From assembly GCA_017555875.1 (NCBI GenBank), contig JAFZFN010000029.1, positions 15,100 through 79,099 on the forward strand: a DNA stretch of 64,000 nucleotides. Direction: 5' to 3'. Below, in pieces: positions 1-9,111 of this stretch. Origin of the DNA: Bacteroidaceae bacterium (GTDB lineage Bacteria; Bacteroidota; Bacteroidia; Bacteroidales; Bacteroidaceae). A program made the position numbers and the translations under genes. The notes below the pieces were generated by a model. That model worked only from the letters and a program-made list of their open reading frames with translations. It searched no databases and was not told where the DNA came from. The stretch's first letter is position 1; each line of letters begins with the position of its first letter.

Positions 1-1
1 A

Positions 2-1642
2 GAAGGTGAGACTGCTGTCATCTCAGTGGTACTTGACAATGAGACGGCATTCAACTCCTTCCAGATGGACCTGACATTGCCCGAGGGATTCCAGGTGGCA
101 ACGACAATCAATGAGGACGATGAGAAGGTGCTCGACATCGCTCTTAATGCGGACCGTAAGAAGTCTACTCACACGTTGGCGTACAATGTGCTGAATAGTG
201 GCGCTATCCGTATCGCCTCTTACTCCTCTACTAACGCAACGTATAAGGGCAACTCGGGCGAGATCGTGCAGATCCGTATCGAGGCTACCGAGGCTGCTGT
301 GGCAGGAACAAGCACTGCTGTGCTCAGCAAGATCCTCTTCACCACTCCCGAGCCTGTGGGTTTCGACTTTGAGGATGTGAAGTTCCAAATCGCTTATGCT
401 CAGAAGGAGATTACTCCGTTGGAGATCGTTAGCGTTGTTCCTGCTGAAGGTACAGTGAACCAACTTGACAGAATCATTGTCCAGTTCAACCAGAAGGTGC
501 AATTGTCTTACGATGAAAACTGGGCGCAGTTGTCACGCGAGATTAAGCTGTACGGTGAAGCAGGTGAGGAGTATACATTGACACATCTTTCTGCATATCC
601 TTCCACTGATTGTATTGAATATGCCGTAAATGCTGAATGGAATGGGTCTGAATATATTTCTACGCCTATCACAGAGGAGGGAACCTATACCTTGGATCTC
701 TCTCAGATTGTGGTAGACTATGCAGGAGAGGAAGAAATCAACGAGTGGGGTTTTCCCACCACCGTATGGTACGGGAAGAATGGACGTTGTGAGGGCTCAA
801 GCACATGGATAGTCAGTGCCAAAGAGGTCCTACCGTCTTACAATGTAGCCATGTACGGCAGTCAATATGGTCGTTGCATATGGAATGGCAATGTCGTAGA
901 ACCCGGAGCTGAGAACTCTCTCGCTGGCACCGTAGAACAGGATGAGGTCATCAAGTTCTATTTTATCCCGCTCGAGGGATACCAGGTGAGCAGCATGAAG
1001 CGTAATGGAGAGCTTGTCGCCGTGAATGATAATATGTATGAAGAGACCGCAACTGAGGATGTCGTATTCTCAGATGTTGACTACACCACCATCGTTGACA
1101 CACTCGTTGTGACTGAGACAGTGGTCGATACCTTCGTCGTGACCGAGACTATCGTGGAGGTTGATACGCTTGTTGTTTCCGAGACCATCGTAGAGGTTGA
1201 CACAATTGTTGTGACTGAGACCATCGTAGAGGTTGATACCCTCGTGATTGAGAAGGTTGATACTATTATCGTGACAGAGATCGCAGAGTTGCCCACACCA
1301 GTAATCACCTGTGAGGGAGGCTTGGTGACTATCTCATGCGAGGATGCCGACGTGACCATTCTCTATGCTATCAATGGAGACCCCATGGAGGGTAGCATCT
1401 ACACCGCTCCGTTTGAGGTGGTTGAGGATGCCGTAGTGAGCGCCATTGCCGTACGCAGCGGTGAGAAAGCGGTGCTGGAGGTTGTAGGTACCGATATAGC
1501 CCAGTCGCAGATGCACATCGTGTCGCGCAGATATTACCGAGAGGACGGGGTCGAGGTGTCATCTCCCGAGCGAGGTGTCACCATCGTGGCTGCCGAATAT
1601 GAGGACGGCACGACACGCGTCTTCAAGATGGTGAAGAGATAA
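2..1642 (+). CDS. Cell-surface protein with 12-aa tandem repeats and a possible T9SS C-terminal domain. The 5' end is truncated by the window start.
   Basis: The reading frame is open from position 2. The protein contains the repeat DT(L/F/I)VV(T/S)ETIVEV about five times. A CHB_HEX_C-like segment (ISCEDADVTILYAINGDP...YTAPFEV) precedes a short beta-rich C-terminus. Confidence 0.45.
   Translation, partial: EGETAVISVVLDNETAFNSFQMDLTLPEGFQVATTINEDDEKVLDIALNADRKKSTHTLAYNVLNSGAIRIASYSSTNATYKGNSGEIVQIRIEATEAAVAGTSTAVLSKILFTTPEPVGFDFEDVKFQIAYAQKEITPLEIVSVVPAEGTVNQLDRIIVQFNQKVQLSYDENWAQLSREIKLYGEAGEEYTLTHLSAYPSTDCIEYAVNAEWNGSEYISTPITEEGTYTLDLSQIVVDYAGEEEINEWGFPTTVWYGKNGRCEGSSTWIVSAKEVLPSYNVAMYGSQYGRCIWNGNVVEPGAENSLAGTVEQDEVIKFYFIPLEGYQVSSMKRNGELVAVNDNMYEETATEDVVFSDVDYTTIVDTLVVTETVVDTFVVTETIVEVDTLVVSETIVEVDTIVVTETIVEVDTLVIEKVDTIIVTEIAELPTPVITCEGGLVTISCEDADVTILYAINGDPMEGSIYTAPFEVVEDAVVSAIAVRSGEKAVLEVVGTDIAQSQMHIVSRRYYREDGVEVSSPERGVTIVAAEYEDGTTRVFKMVKR
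1097..1291. repeat. In-frame 36-bp tandem repeat, about 5.5 copies, inside the surface-protein CDS
   Basis: Units begin at 1127, 1163, 1199 and 1235, each opening with gat-acn and ending gaggtt. Truncated units lie at both ends of the run. Confidence 0.8.
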
Positions 1643-1736
1643 TCACTCTCATAGCGATATCACAATAGTGAGGGGCGGCTGCAGTGGCAGTCGCCCCTCG
1701 TCGTTAGGGTTAGGTATAGGATGGGGGAGTGAGGTG

Positions 1737-2312
1737 TCAGAAGTTCTCTGCCTTGGGCTCAAAGTAGCCCTTGGGGTGTAGGCAAGCAGGGCAGCGGTCG
1801 GGGGCTTTCTTGCCGGTGAAGGTGTAGCCACACTTGCGGCACTGCCAGGTGATGGCATCGGGGCGGTGGAAGGTGTGCTCGTTCTCCATGCGCTCGAGCA
1901 GACGGAGATAGCGTTGCTCATGTGCCTGCTCAGCCACGCAGATGGCGCGGTACATGGTGGCTACCTCCTTGAAGCCTTCGTCTTCGGCGATGTCGGCAAA
2001 GGTGGGGTAGAGATCATGCCACTCCTCATACTCGCCCAGAGCTGCAGCTCTGAGATTATCCATCGTGGTACGTATCTCGCCAGCGGGATAGGAGGCGCAG
2101 ATCTCTACCATGCCACCTTCTAGGAAACGGAACATACGCTCGGCATGCATCTTCTCCTGCTTGGCAGTCTGCTTGAAGATGGCGGCTATCTGCTCGTAAC
2201 CTTCGCGCTTGGCCTCTTTGGCAAAGTAGGTGTAGCGCATACGGGCCTGCGACTCTCCTGCAAAGGAGGTGAGCAGGTTCTTTTCTGTTAGGGTGCCTTT
2301 TATACTTCTCAT
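1737..2312 (-). CDS. rbr: Rubrerythrin
   Basis: 191 aa. The N-terminal part carries ferritin-like diiron motifs (EKMHAERMFRFLEGG) and the C-terminal part a rubredoxin-like CRKCGY...CPAC motif. Confidence 0.9.
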   Translation of the reverse strand: MRSIKGTLTEKNLLTSFAGESQARMRYTYFAKEAKREGYEQIAAIFKQTAKQEKMHAERMFRFLEGGMVEICASYPAGEIRTTMDNLRAAALGEYEEWHDLYPTFADIAEDEGFKEVATMYRAICVAEQAHEQRYLRLLERMENEHTFHRPDAITWQCRKCGYTFTGKKAPDRCPACLHPKGYFEPKAENF

Positions 2313-2410
2313 AGGGTATGTTTTTTAAGGGTTAGCTCCTTATAAACGTGTAAAGGGTTGGAAGGTTTAGGAAATTGTACTAATTTTGTCCGTAGGTATG
2401 TCGATGAACT

Positions 2411-2498
2411 TTTATCTCTATAGTGAAAAAAGTTTTTCGAGCCTGTGATAAAAAATTATCACTATAGTGAAAAATTTTTGTCAAGCCTATGAAAATAT
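2411..2498. promoter_or_regulatory. 44-bp tandem duplication carrying a 12-bp palindrome (TCACTATAGTGA). It lies between the divergent rbr and ABC-exporter genes and overlaps the ABC start codon.
   Basis: Unit 1 (2411-2454) contains TCTCTATAGTGA at 2415-2426. Unit 2 (2455-2498) contains the perfect palindrome TCACTATAGTGA at 2459-2470. A second dyad, GTGATAA-aaaa-TTATCAC, overlaps it. Confidence 0.6.
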
Positions 2499-4147
2499 TT
2501 GATAATAAGAGCAGGGACGGATATTCGGTGTGGCAACTGCTACGCTGGATATGGGGAGCTTCGCGCGGTGTGCGTAGCCGTATATTGTTATGTACATTGA
2601 TTGGCTGCGTGTCAGTAGCTTGTTCGCTGATATTTGTGCTCTTCAGTAAGAATGCCATAGATATTGCTACGGGAGTGAAGGAGGGTGACCTGACGATGTA
2701 TGGCGTGGGTATGGCGTGTCTGATACTCTTCGAGATCGGGTTACATGCCTTGGACAACTGGGTAGCCAATCGGCTCGACGTGGAGCTGCGCAACCGTTTC
2801 CGTAGCCGCTTCTTCGGACTATTGCTGCAGAGCGAGTGGCAGGGCAAGGAACGCTACCACTCGGGCGACGTGCTCAACCGCATGGTGCAGGACCTCGGTT
2901 CTGTGGTGTCGGTCATCACGACTACGGTACCCTTTGCCGTGATCACGGTGGTGCAACTGGTGGCTTCGTTTGGTCTGCTCTACTCGATGGATCACACGTT
3001 GGCTATCGTGCTGGTGCTGATATTGCCTTTGTTCTCGTTGCTCAGCCGCCTCTATGTGAGACGCATGCGGAGCATGACTAAGGCTGTGCGCGAGAGCGAG
3101 AGCCAAATACAGGCAGTGATGCAGGAGAGCCTGCAACACAAGACCATCGTGAAGACGCTGGAGCAGAGCGGAGGCATGATGCAGCGCCTGGGAGGATTGC
3201 AGGAGCGTCTGTTTGGTGAGGTGGTGGCAAGGACTCGCTTTAGCGTCTTGTCACGAGGACTGGTGTCGATGGGCTTCTCGGCAGGATACTTGACAGCGTT
3301 CTTGTGGGGTGTCTTCAGCATACAGGGTGGGGTCATCACCTTCGGTGTGATGACGGCCTTCCTCCAACTTGTGGGTCGCATACAGCGTCCGTTGGCCGAT
3401 CTGGCACGCATGATACCTGCCTTGGTGAGTGCACTGACCTCGGCCGAGCGACTGATGGAGCTGGAGGAACTTCCACAGGAGGAGTCGGGCGAATCGATAG
3501 CTATACCAGGGAAGGCAGGCATACGCTTCAGTAAGGTCAGCTTTAGGTATCCCGATGGTGATGAGGAGGTGGTGACGGGACTCGATGAGGACTTCTCTCC
3601 AGGCTCGATGACAGCCATATTGGGTGAGACGGGAGCTGGAAAGACAACGCTTATCCGACTCATCCTCGCGCTCATCCGTCCTACTGCGGGTCGCGTGACG
3701 ATATACGATGCTGATCACGAACTGGAGGTGTCGCCGCAGACGCGCGGCAATCTGGTCTATGTGCCGCAGGGCAACACGCTCTTCAGCGGTACTATACGTG
3801 ACAATCTTCTCCTGGGGTGTCCTGACGCTACGGACGAACAGCTATGGGAGGTGCTGCGCGTGGCATGTGCCGAGTTTGTGCTCTCGCTTCCCGAGGGGCT
3901 GGACACGAAGTGTGGCGAGCAAGGTGGAGGACTGAGCGAGGGACAGGCGCAGCGCATAGCTATAGCCCGTTCGCTCCTGAGGCCTGGTTCGATTTTGCTG
4001 TTTGATGAGGCTACTTCGGCCCTAGACCCCGACACGGAGCGCCGTCTGCTGGAACGATTGGCCGAGGCGAGAGGAGGACGCACAGTGATCTTCATCACTC
4101 ACCGACCCTCGGTGTTGGAATATTGTGACAAGGTGCTACGTGTGTAA
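2489..4147 (+). CDS. Fused ABC transporter permease/ATP-binding protein (exporter type)
   Basis: An N-terminal six-TM domain is followed by Walker A GETGAGKTT, ABC signature LSEGQAQR and Walker B ILLFDEATSALD. Confidence 0.85.
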   Translation: MKIFDNKSRDGYSVWQLLRWIWGASRGVRSRILLCTLIGCVSVACSLIFVLFSKNAIDIATGVKEGDLTMYGVGMACLILFEIGLHALDNWVANRLDVELRNRFRSRFFGLLLQSEWQGKERYHSGDVLNRMVQDLGSVVSVITTTVPFAVITVVQLVASFGLLYSMDHTLAIVLVLILPLFSLLSRLYVRRMRSMTKAVRESESQIQAVMQESLQHKTIVKTLEQSGGMMQRLGGLQERLFGEVVARTRFSVLSRGLVSMGFSAGYLTAFLWGVFSIQGGVITFGVMTAFLQLVGRIQRPLADLARMIPALVSALTSAERLMELEELPQEESGESIAIPGKAGIRFSKVSFRYPDGDEEVVTGLDEDFSPGSMTAILGETGAGKTTLIRLILALIRPTAGRVTIYDADHELEVSPQTRGNLVYVPQGNTLFSGTIRDNLLLGCPDATDEQLWEVLRVACAEFVLSLPEGLDTKCGEQGGGLSEGQAQRIAIARSLLRPGSILLFDEATSALDPDTERRLLERLAEARGGRTVIFITHRPSVLEYCDKVLRV

Positions 4148-4206
4148 ACATCTTGCGTTGATTCGTGTTGTACACGTATTAATATAAAACAAAGGAGAAA
4201 ATTGCC

Positions 4207-4431
4207 ATGAAAATAAATCGCAATGAGCCTTGGGTCACTGTCTTCTCTGGTGCAGCCTTTGAGACTGAAGTCATAAAAGGTCTGCTCGAAGCCAATAACA
4301 TCCGTTGCATTATTGAAGATCACACTTCAATGCTGGTCTCCCACTATAGTGGCGTAGGCGGAGATATGCGTATCCTCGTGTCACCATCCGATGCAGAAGA
4401 AGCTCTGCATCTGATAGAACACAAGGATTGA
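4207..4431 (+). CDS. Small DUF2007-like protein (putative signal-transducing fold)
   Basis: 74-aa ORF with good codon usage. The resemblance to DUF2007 is from memory. Confidence 0.35.
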   Translation: MKINRNEPWVTVFSGAAFETEVIKGLLEANNIRCIIEDHTSMLVSHYSGVGGDMRILVSPSDAEEALHLIEHKD

Positions 4432-4467
4432 CTTGCCCATTTTACTGAGAACTCAAGAAGGCATCGC

Positions 4468-5088
4468 CTAGAGTGCGGTGAGCGACAACTCGTCGAAGTA
4501 TAGCGTGCCGGGCTTGCTGGCCTCGATGACGAAGTGTGCCCTCTCGTCGGTGCTCTTAGCGGTGAAGGTGATAGTGTATCTCTTCCAGCGCTTCTTAAGC
4601 TTGCCTTTTACCTTGGCGCAGGCATACCAGCTGTCGTCATGTCGGCTCTTCAGCCCTACATGTATCTTACCTTTGTATCGCTTATCGGCACGTGCCCAAA
4701 AGGTGAGCTGGTAGCGATTGCCCTCGACGACCTCAATGCCCTGATTCCCTACGTTAGCGATGAGGGCTGGCGATGAAGTGATGGTCCAGCAGAGTGCCTT
4801 GTGCTGTGTGGTGTCGAGGAGGTTGTCTGCAGTGACGGCTATCGTTGAGGTTTGCTCATGTCCGTCGGGGATAATCCAGCCAAGGATGATGCCTTCGGGC
4901 AGATAGCCTCCGAAGAGCTCGCCCTCACCATTGGGGCCGAATCGGCGGTTGCGGATGGGCTTGGCCTCCTCTTCAAAGGAGCAATTCTTGAGGAGCTCGG
5001 TAGCGGTGTACTCCTCGGCAGGGGACTGCGCGAATGATGTCGCGATGCTGAGGCCCAAAAGGGCTATGGTCAGATAAGTCTTTTTCAT
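4468..5088 (-). CDS. Hypothetical secreted protein
   Basis: N-terminal signal peptide MKKTYLTIALLGLSIATSFAQ. No recognisable catalytic motif. Confidence 0.45.
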   Translation of the reverse strand: MKKTYLTIALLGLSIATSFAQSPAEEYTATELLKNCSFEEEAKPIRNRRFGPNGEGELFGGYLPEGIILGWIIPDGHEQTSTIAVTADNLLDTTQHKALCWTITSSPALIANVGNQGIEVVEGNRYQLTFWARADKRYKGKIHVGLKSRHDDSWYACAKVKGKLKKRWKRYTITFTAKSTDERAHFVIEASKPGTLYFDELSLTAL

Positions 5089-5112
5089 TGCGTTTACAAT
5101 ATGTTCTGATTG

Positions 5113-8100
5113 TTAGTTAAACGAGTATTCTACCCCCTCTACGCTCTTGATGTAGCTGACGAGCTTGTTGGTGGCGGTGATTTTGCATGTCTTCGATTTG
5201 AGGAGGACTTGATGCTGCCCCTCGCCTTCACGGATGTGGATGTGGAGGTCTGTCTTGCCGGGAGACTCCTTGATTAGTGTGATTAGGTCGTCAACCAGCT
5301 CTTCGCTCAGGTGCTCGGCAAGGATGGTGATGGTCATCGACTGCAAGAGGGTGTCCTTGACATCGGGGAGGAGCTCGACGGAGCCTACCTTGAGTTCATA
5401 GGTGTCGCCTACCTTGCCATAAAAGTTGCGCGGTGTGATGCGGCCACGGATAAAGAGGAAATAGCCCTCTTTCATGTAGTTGCTCCATCTCATCCAATCG
5501 TCGCCAAATAGGGCTACTTCGTAGGTACCTGAAAAATCCTCTATCTTGGTGATGCCGAAGGGCTTGTTGGTCTTGGTGAAGGCACTGCGTGTACCTGTTA
5601 CGACACCGCCAAGGGTGACATCGCGCTCCTCCTTCTTGTTCAAGACCTCGGGCATCTCTGCCAGATGTAAGGAGCATACGTCCTCGAGGATGATGCGATA
5701 ATCGTCGAGTGGATGGGCTGAGAGGTAGATGCCTACGAGGTCGCGCTCCTTGTTGAGTCGCTCGATGGTGGACCATGCGGGCACCTCTTCAGGTATCTTG
5801 GGGCGGGCAATAGCATCGGTCATGCTGGCCATGCCGAAGAGCGAGTTCATGGCTTGGGCACGCTCGGTCTGTACCAACGAACCGTAGCGGATAAGGATGT
5901 CGAGGAAGCCTTCCTTCTTGGCATTCTCGGCGAAGTAGTCTTCTCGCTTCATGTCGCTGAAGCAGTCAAACCCGCCTGAGAGGGCCAAGCACTCGAGGTT
6001 CTTGCGGTTGCAGGCCTGTAGGTTCACACGCTCTACAAAGTCGTAGATGTTCTTGTAAGGTCCATTGGCCTCGCGCTCACGGATGATGGCCTCTACGGCA
6101 CCTTCGCCCACGCCCTTTACACCTCCTAGACCGAAGCGGATGTCGCCCTTGGCATTGACTGAGAACTTCATGTAACTCTCGTTTACATCTGGTCCCAATA
6201 CATTGATGCCCATAGCCTTGCACTCGTCCATGAGCTTGGTGATTTCGTCGATGCGCGAGAGGTTGCGCGAGAGGTTGGCAGCCATGTACTGCGGGGGATA
6301 GTTGGCTTTGAGGTAGGCGGTCTGGTAGGCTACCCAGGAGTAGCAGGTGGCATGGCTCTTGTTGAAGGCATAGGAGGCAAACTTCTCCCAGTCGCCCCAG
6401 ATTTTGTCAAGGATCTTCGGGTCGTGACCATTCTTCTTGCCGCCCTCGATGAACTTGGGCTTCATCTTGTCTACGATATCCTTCTTCTTCTTACCCATCG
6501 CCTTACGTAGGGCATCGGACTCACCGCGGGTGAAGTCGGCCAGCTGGCGTGAGAGCAACATCACCTGCTCCTGGTATACGGTGATGCCGTATGTGTCCTT
6601 CAGGTACTTCTCCATACAATCGATATCGTACTCGATGGGCTTGCGGCCATGCTTACGGTCGATAAAGTCGGGAATATAGTCCATCGGTCCCGGGCGATAG
6701 AGCGCGTTCATGGCGATAAGGTCCTCGAAGGTTGATGGCTGTAGCTCGCGTAGGTATTTCTGCATGCCGGGCGACTCGAACTGGAAGGTACCGATGGTCT
6801 TGCCCTCGCAGTAGAGCTGATACGTCTTGGGATCCTCGATGGAGATGCTGTCGATGTCGATGTCGATGCCAAGGCTCTGCTTCACATTGGCCACAGCCTC
6901 CTTGATGATGGAGAGCGTCTTCAGACCGAGGAAGTCCATCTTGATGAGCCCGGTGTCCTCAATCACGCTGCCCTCGTACTGTGTTACGAGGAGCTTCTCG
7001 CCCGTTTCCTTATCGTCTGCCGTGCTCACAGGCACCCAGTCGGTGATGTCGTCGCGACAGATAATAGTACCACAGGCATGCACACCAGTGCCACGCACGT
7101 TGCCCTCGAGCATCTTGGCATACTTGATGGTATCGCGTAGCACGGGGTCGGGTGATGTCTCGGCCTCCTGCAGTTCGGGGATGGCTTCGATGGCATTGGT
7201 AAGGTTGAGTTTCTTGTCGGGGAGCTTGTCGGGGATGAGCTTGCAGAGGTAGTTGGCACGGTCGAGTGGTAGCTTCTGCACACGAGCTACATCCTTAAGC
7301 GCCATCTTGGTCGCCATGGTGCCGTAGGTGATGATGTGGGCTACCTTCTCGGCACCATATTTCTCGGTTACCCAGCGCAACACCTCACCGCGGCCATCAT
7401 CGTCGAAGTCCACGTCGATATCGGGGAGCGAGATACGGTCGGGATTGAGGAAACGCTCAAACAGCAGATCATACTTGATGGGGTCGATGCGCGTAATCTC
7501 CAGGCAGTAGGCCACGGCCGAGCCTGCGGCCGAGCCACGGCCCGGACCCACGGATACGCCCAGCAAGTTGCGGGCTGCCCAGATGAAGTCTTGCACGATG
7601 AGGAAGTAGCCAGGGAATCCCATCGTCTTCATGATGTGGAGCTCGAAGATGAGGCGGTCCTCAATCTCGGGAGTCATCACGGGGTAGTACTTCTTGGCAC
7701 CATCCATCGTGAGCTTCTTCAGGTAGTCGGCTTCGAGCTTGATGCGGTAGAGCTTGTCGTAGCCGCCGAGCTTCTCGATCTTGGCCTCTGCGTCGGCCTG
7801 AGAGAGTACCACGTTACCCTTTTCGTCTCGGGTGAACTCATTGAAGAGGTCCTCTTCGGTATATTGTTTGCGGTACTCCTCCTCGGTGCCGAAGTCAGTG
7901 GGAATCTCGAAGTTGGGCATGATGGGTGGATTGTCTATAGAGTAGAACTCCACCTGGTCGCATATCTTCACCGTGTTGGCTAGGGCCTCGGGAATGTGTC
8001 CGAAGATAGCGTTCATCTCTGCCGTCGTCTTCATCCATTCCTGTTTGGAGTAGAGCATGCGGGTGGGGTCGTCGAGGTCCTTGCCCGTAGAGAGACAGAT

Positions 8101-8925
8101 GAGGCGGTCGTGTGCCTCGGCATGTTCTTCATTTACGAAATGCACGTCGTTGGTACACACGAGTCCTACACCATATTTCTTACTATATTCGATCAGCTTC
8201 TCATTCACCTTCATCTGTAGCTCATAAGCCTCGTGGTTGGCACGAGCCACGGTGGCCTTGTGTAGTTGTAGCTCGAGGTAGTAGTCATCGCCAAAGGTGC
8301 TCTTGTACCACCGAATGGCCTCCTCGGCTTCGCTGAGCATACCGCGAGTAATCATCTTGGGAACCTCGCCACCTAGGCAAGCCGAGCACACGATCAGGCC
8401 CTCCTTGTATTTCTCCAATTCTACACGGTCGGTACGGGGACGATTGTAGAAGCCTTCGGTCCATGCCTTCGATACTAGTTTGATGAGGTTGTGGTAGCCC
8501 TTCTCGTTCTTTGCCAATACCACGAGGTGATAGTTGGCGCTGTCGGGCTTACCCTCCTTCAGGTGTAAGCGGCGTGGCGCGACATACATCTCACAACCAA
8601 TGATGGGCTTGAAGCGTTTGCCCTCCAATTCCTTTACTTTGGCTTTACATTCGGCCGCGGCTGCTGCAGGGTCTTCGCACTCCTCCTTACCGCTCTCGAT
8701 AGCCTTGATGCGCTTCTTCAGATCTTTTATCTCACCGTTGATGCCGCCATTTTTCTTGTTGGCATAGTTGATAAATTCCTTGATGCCCATCATATTGCCA
8801 TGGTCGGTCACGGCTATGCCTCGCATGCCGTCGTCGATAGCCTTGTCGACCAGTTTGGAGATACTTGCCTGACCATCAAGGATGCTGTATTGTGTGTGTA
8901 CGTGTAGGTGAACGAAGTCTTCCAT
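5113..8925 (-). CDS. dnaE: DNA polymerase III alpha subunit
   Basis: The PHP domain begins MEDFVHLHVHTQYSILDG. Polymerase core and OB-fold motifs follow across about 1270 aa. The start is placed at the conserved Met at 8925. Confidence 0.95.
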   Translation of the reverse strand: MEDFVHLHVHTQYSILDGQASISKLVDKAIDDGMRGIAVTDHGNMMGIKEFINYANKKNGGINGEIKDLKKRIKAIESGKEECEDPAAAAAECKAKVKELEGKRFKPIIGCEMYVAPRRLHLKEGKPDSANYHLVVLAKNEKGYHNLIKLVSKAWTEGFYNRPRTDRVELEKYKEGLIVCSACLGGEVPKMITRGMLSEAEEAIRWYKSTFGDDYYLELQLHKATVARANHEAYELQMKVNEKLIEYSKKYGVGLVCTNDVHFVNEEHAEAHDRLICLSTGKDLDDPTRMLYSKQEWMKTTAEMNAIFGHIPEALANTVKICDQVEFYSIDNPPIMPNFEIPTDFGTEEEYRKQYTEEDLFNEFTRDEKGNVVLSQADAEAKIEKLGGYDKLYRIKLEADYLKKLTMDGAKKYYPVMTPEIEDRLIFELHIMKTMGFPGYFLIVQDFIWAARNLLGVSVGPGRGSAAGSAVAYCLEITRIDPIKYDLLFERFLNPDRISLPDIDVDFDDDGRGEVLRWVTEKYGAEKVAHIITYGTMATKMALKDVARVQKLPLDRANYLCKLIPDKLPDKKLNLTNAIEAIPELQEAETSPDPVLRDTIKYAKMLEGNVRGTGVHACGTIICRDDITDWVPVSTADDKETGEKLLVTQYEGSVIEDTGLIKMDFLGLKTLSIIKEAVANVKQSLGIDIDIDSISIEDPKTYQLYCEGKTIGTFQFESPGMQKYLRELQPSTFEDLIAMNALYRPGPMDYIPDFIDRKHGRKPIEYDIDCMEKYLKDTYGITVYQEQVMLLSRQLADFTRGESDALRKAMGKKKKDIVDKMKPKFIEGGKKNGHDPKILDKIWGDWEKFASYAFNKSHATCYSWVAYQTAYLKANYPPQYMAANLSRNLSRIDEITKLMDECKAMGINVLGPDVNESYMKFSVNAKGDIRFGLGGVKGVGEGAVEAIIREREANGPYKNIYDFVERVNLQACNRKNLECLALSGGFDCFSDMKREDYFAENAKKEGFLDILIRYGSLVQTERAQAMNSLFGMASMTDAIARPKIPEEVPAWSTIERLNKERDLVGIYLSAHPLDDYRIILEDVCSLHLAEMPEVLNKKEERDVTLGGVVTGTRSAFTKTNKPFGITKIEDFSGTYEVALFGDDWMRWSNYMKEGYFLFIRGRITPRNFYGKVGDTYELKVGSVELLPDVKDTLLQSMTITILAEHLSEELVDDLITLIKESPGKTDLHIHIREGEGQHQVLLKSKTCKITATNKLVSYIKSVEGVEYSFN

Positions 8926-9111
8926 AATCTCTTTCTCTTGGGGTGACAAAGATACAACAAGCCGAGAGGAGAACAAAATAAATCCTTTTATTTTTTATTC
9001 CGAGGAATCGGGCGTCTTGGAGGGAAGGAGGGGGAGGAGTGAACTTTTCTGTACAAAAAGGTGTAGTCTTTGGAAAGAATATCGTATCTTCGCGCCTAAT
9101 TATTACATCTG

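Noticed and set aside
5311-8767. Multiple antisense or overlapping ORFs inside dnaE (e.g. 7336..7983, 6827..7252, 5396..5776)
   Set aside because: They are shadow ORFs on the opposite strand of a well-supported essential gene, with no independent signals.
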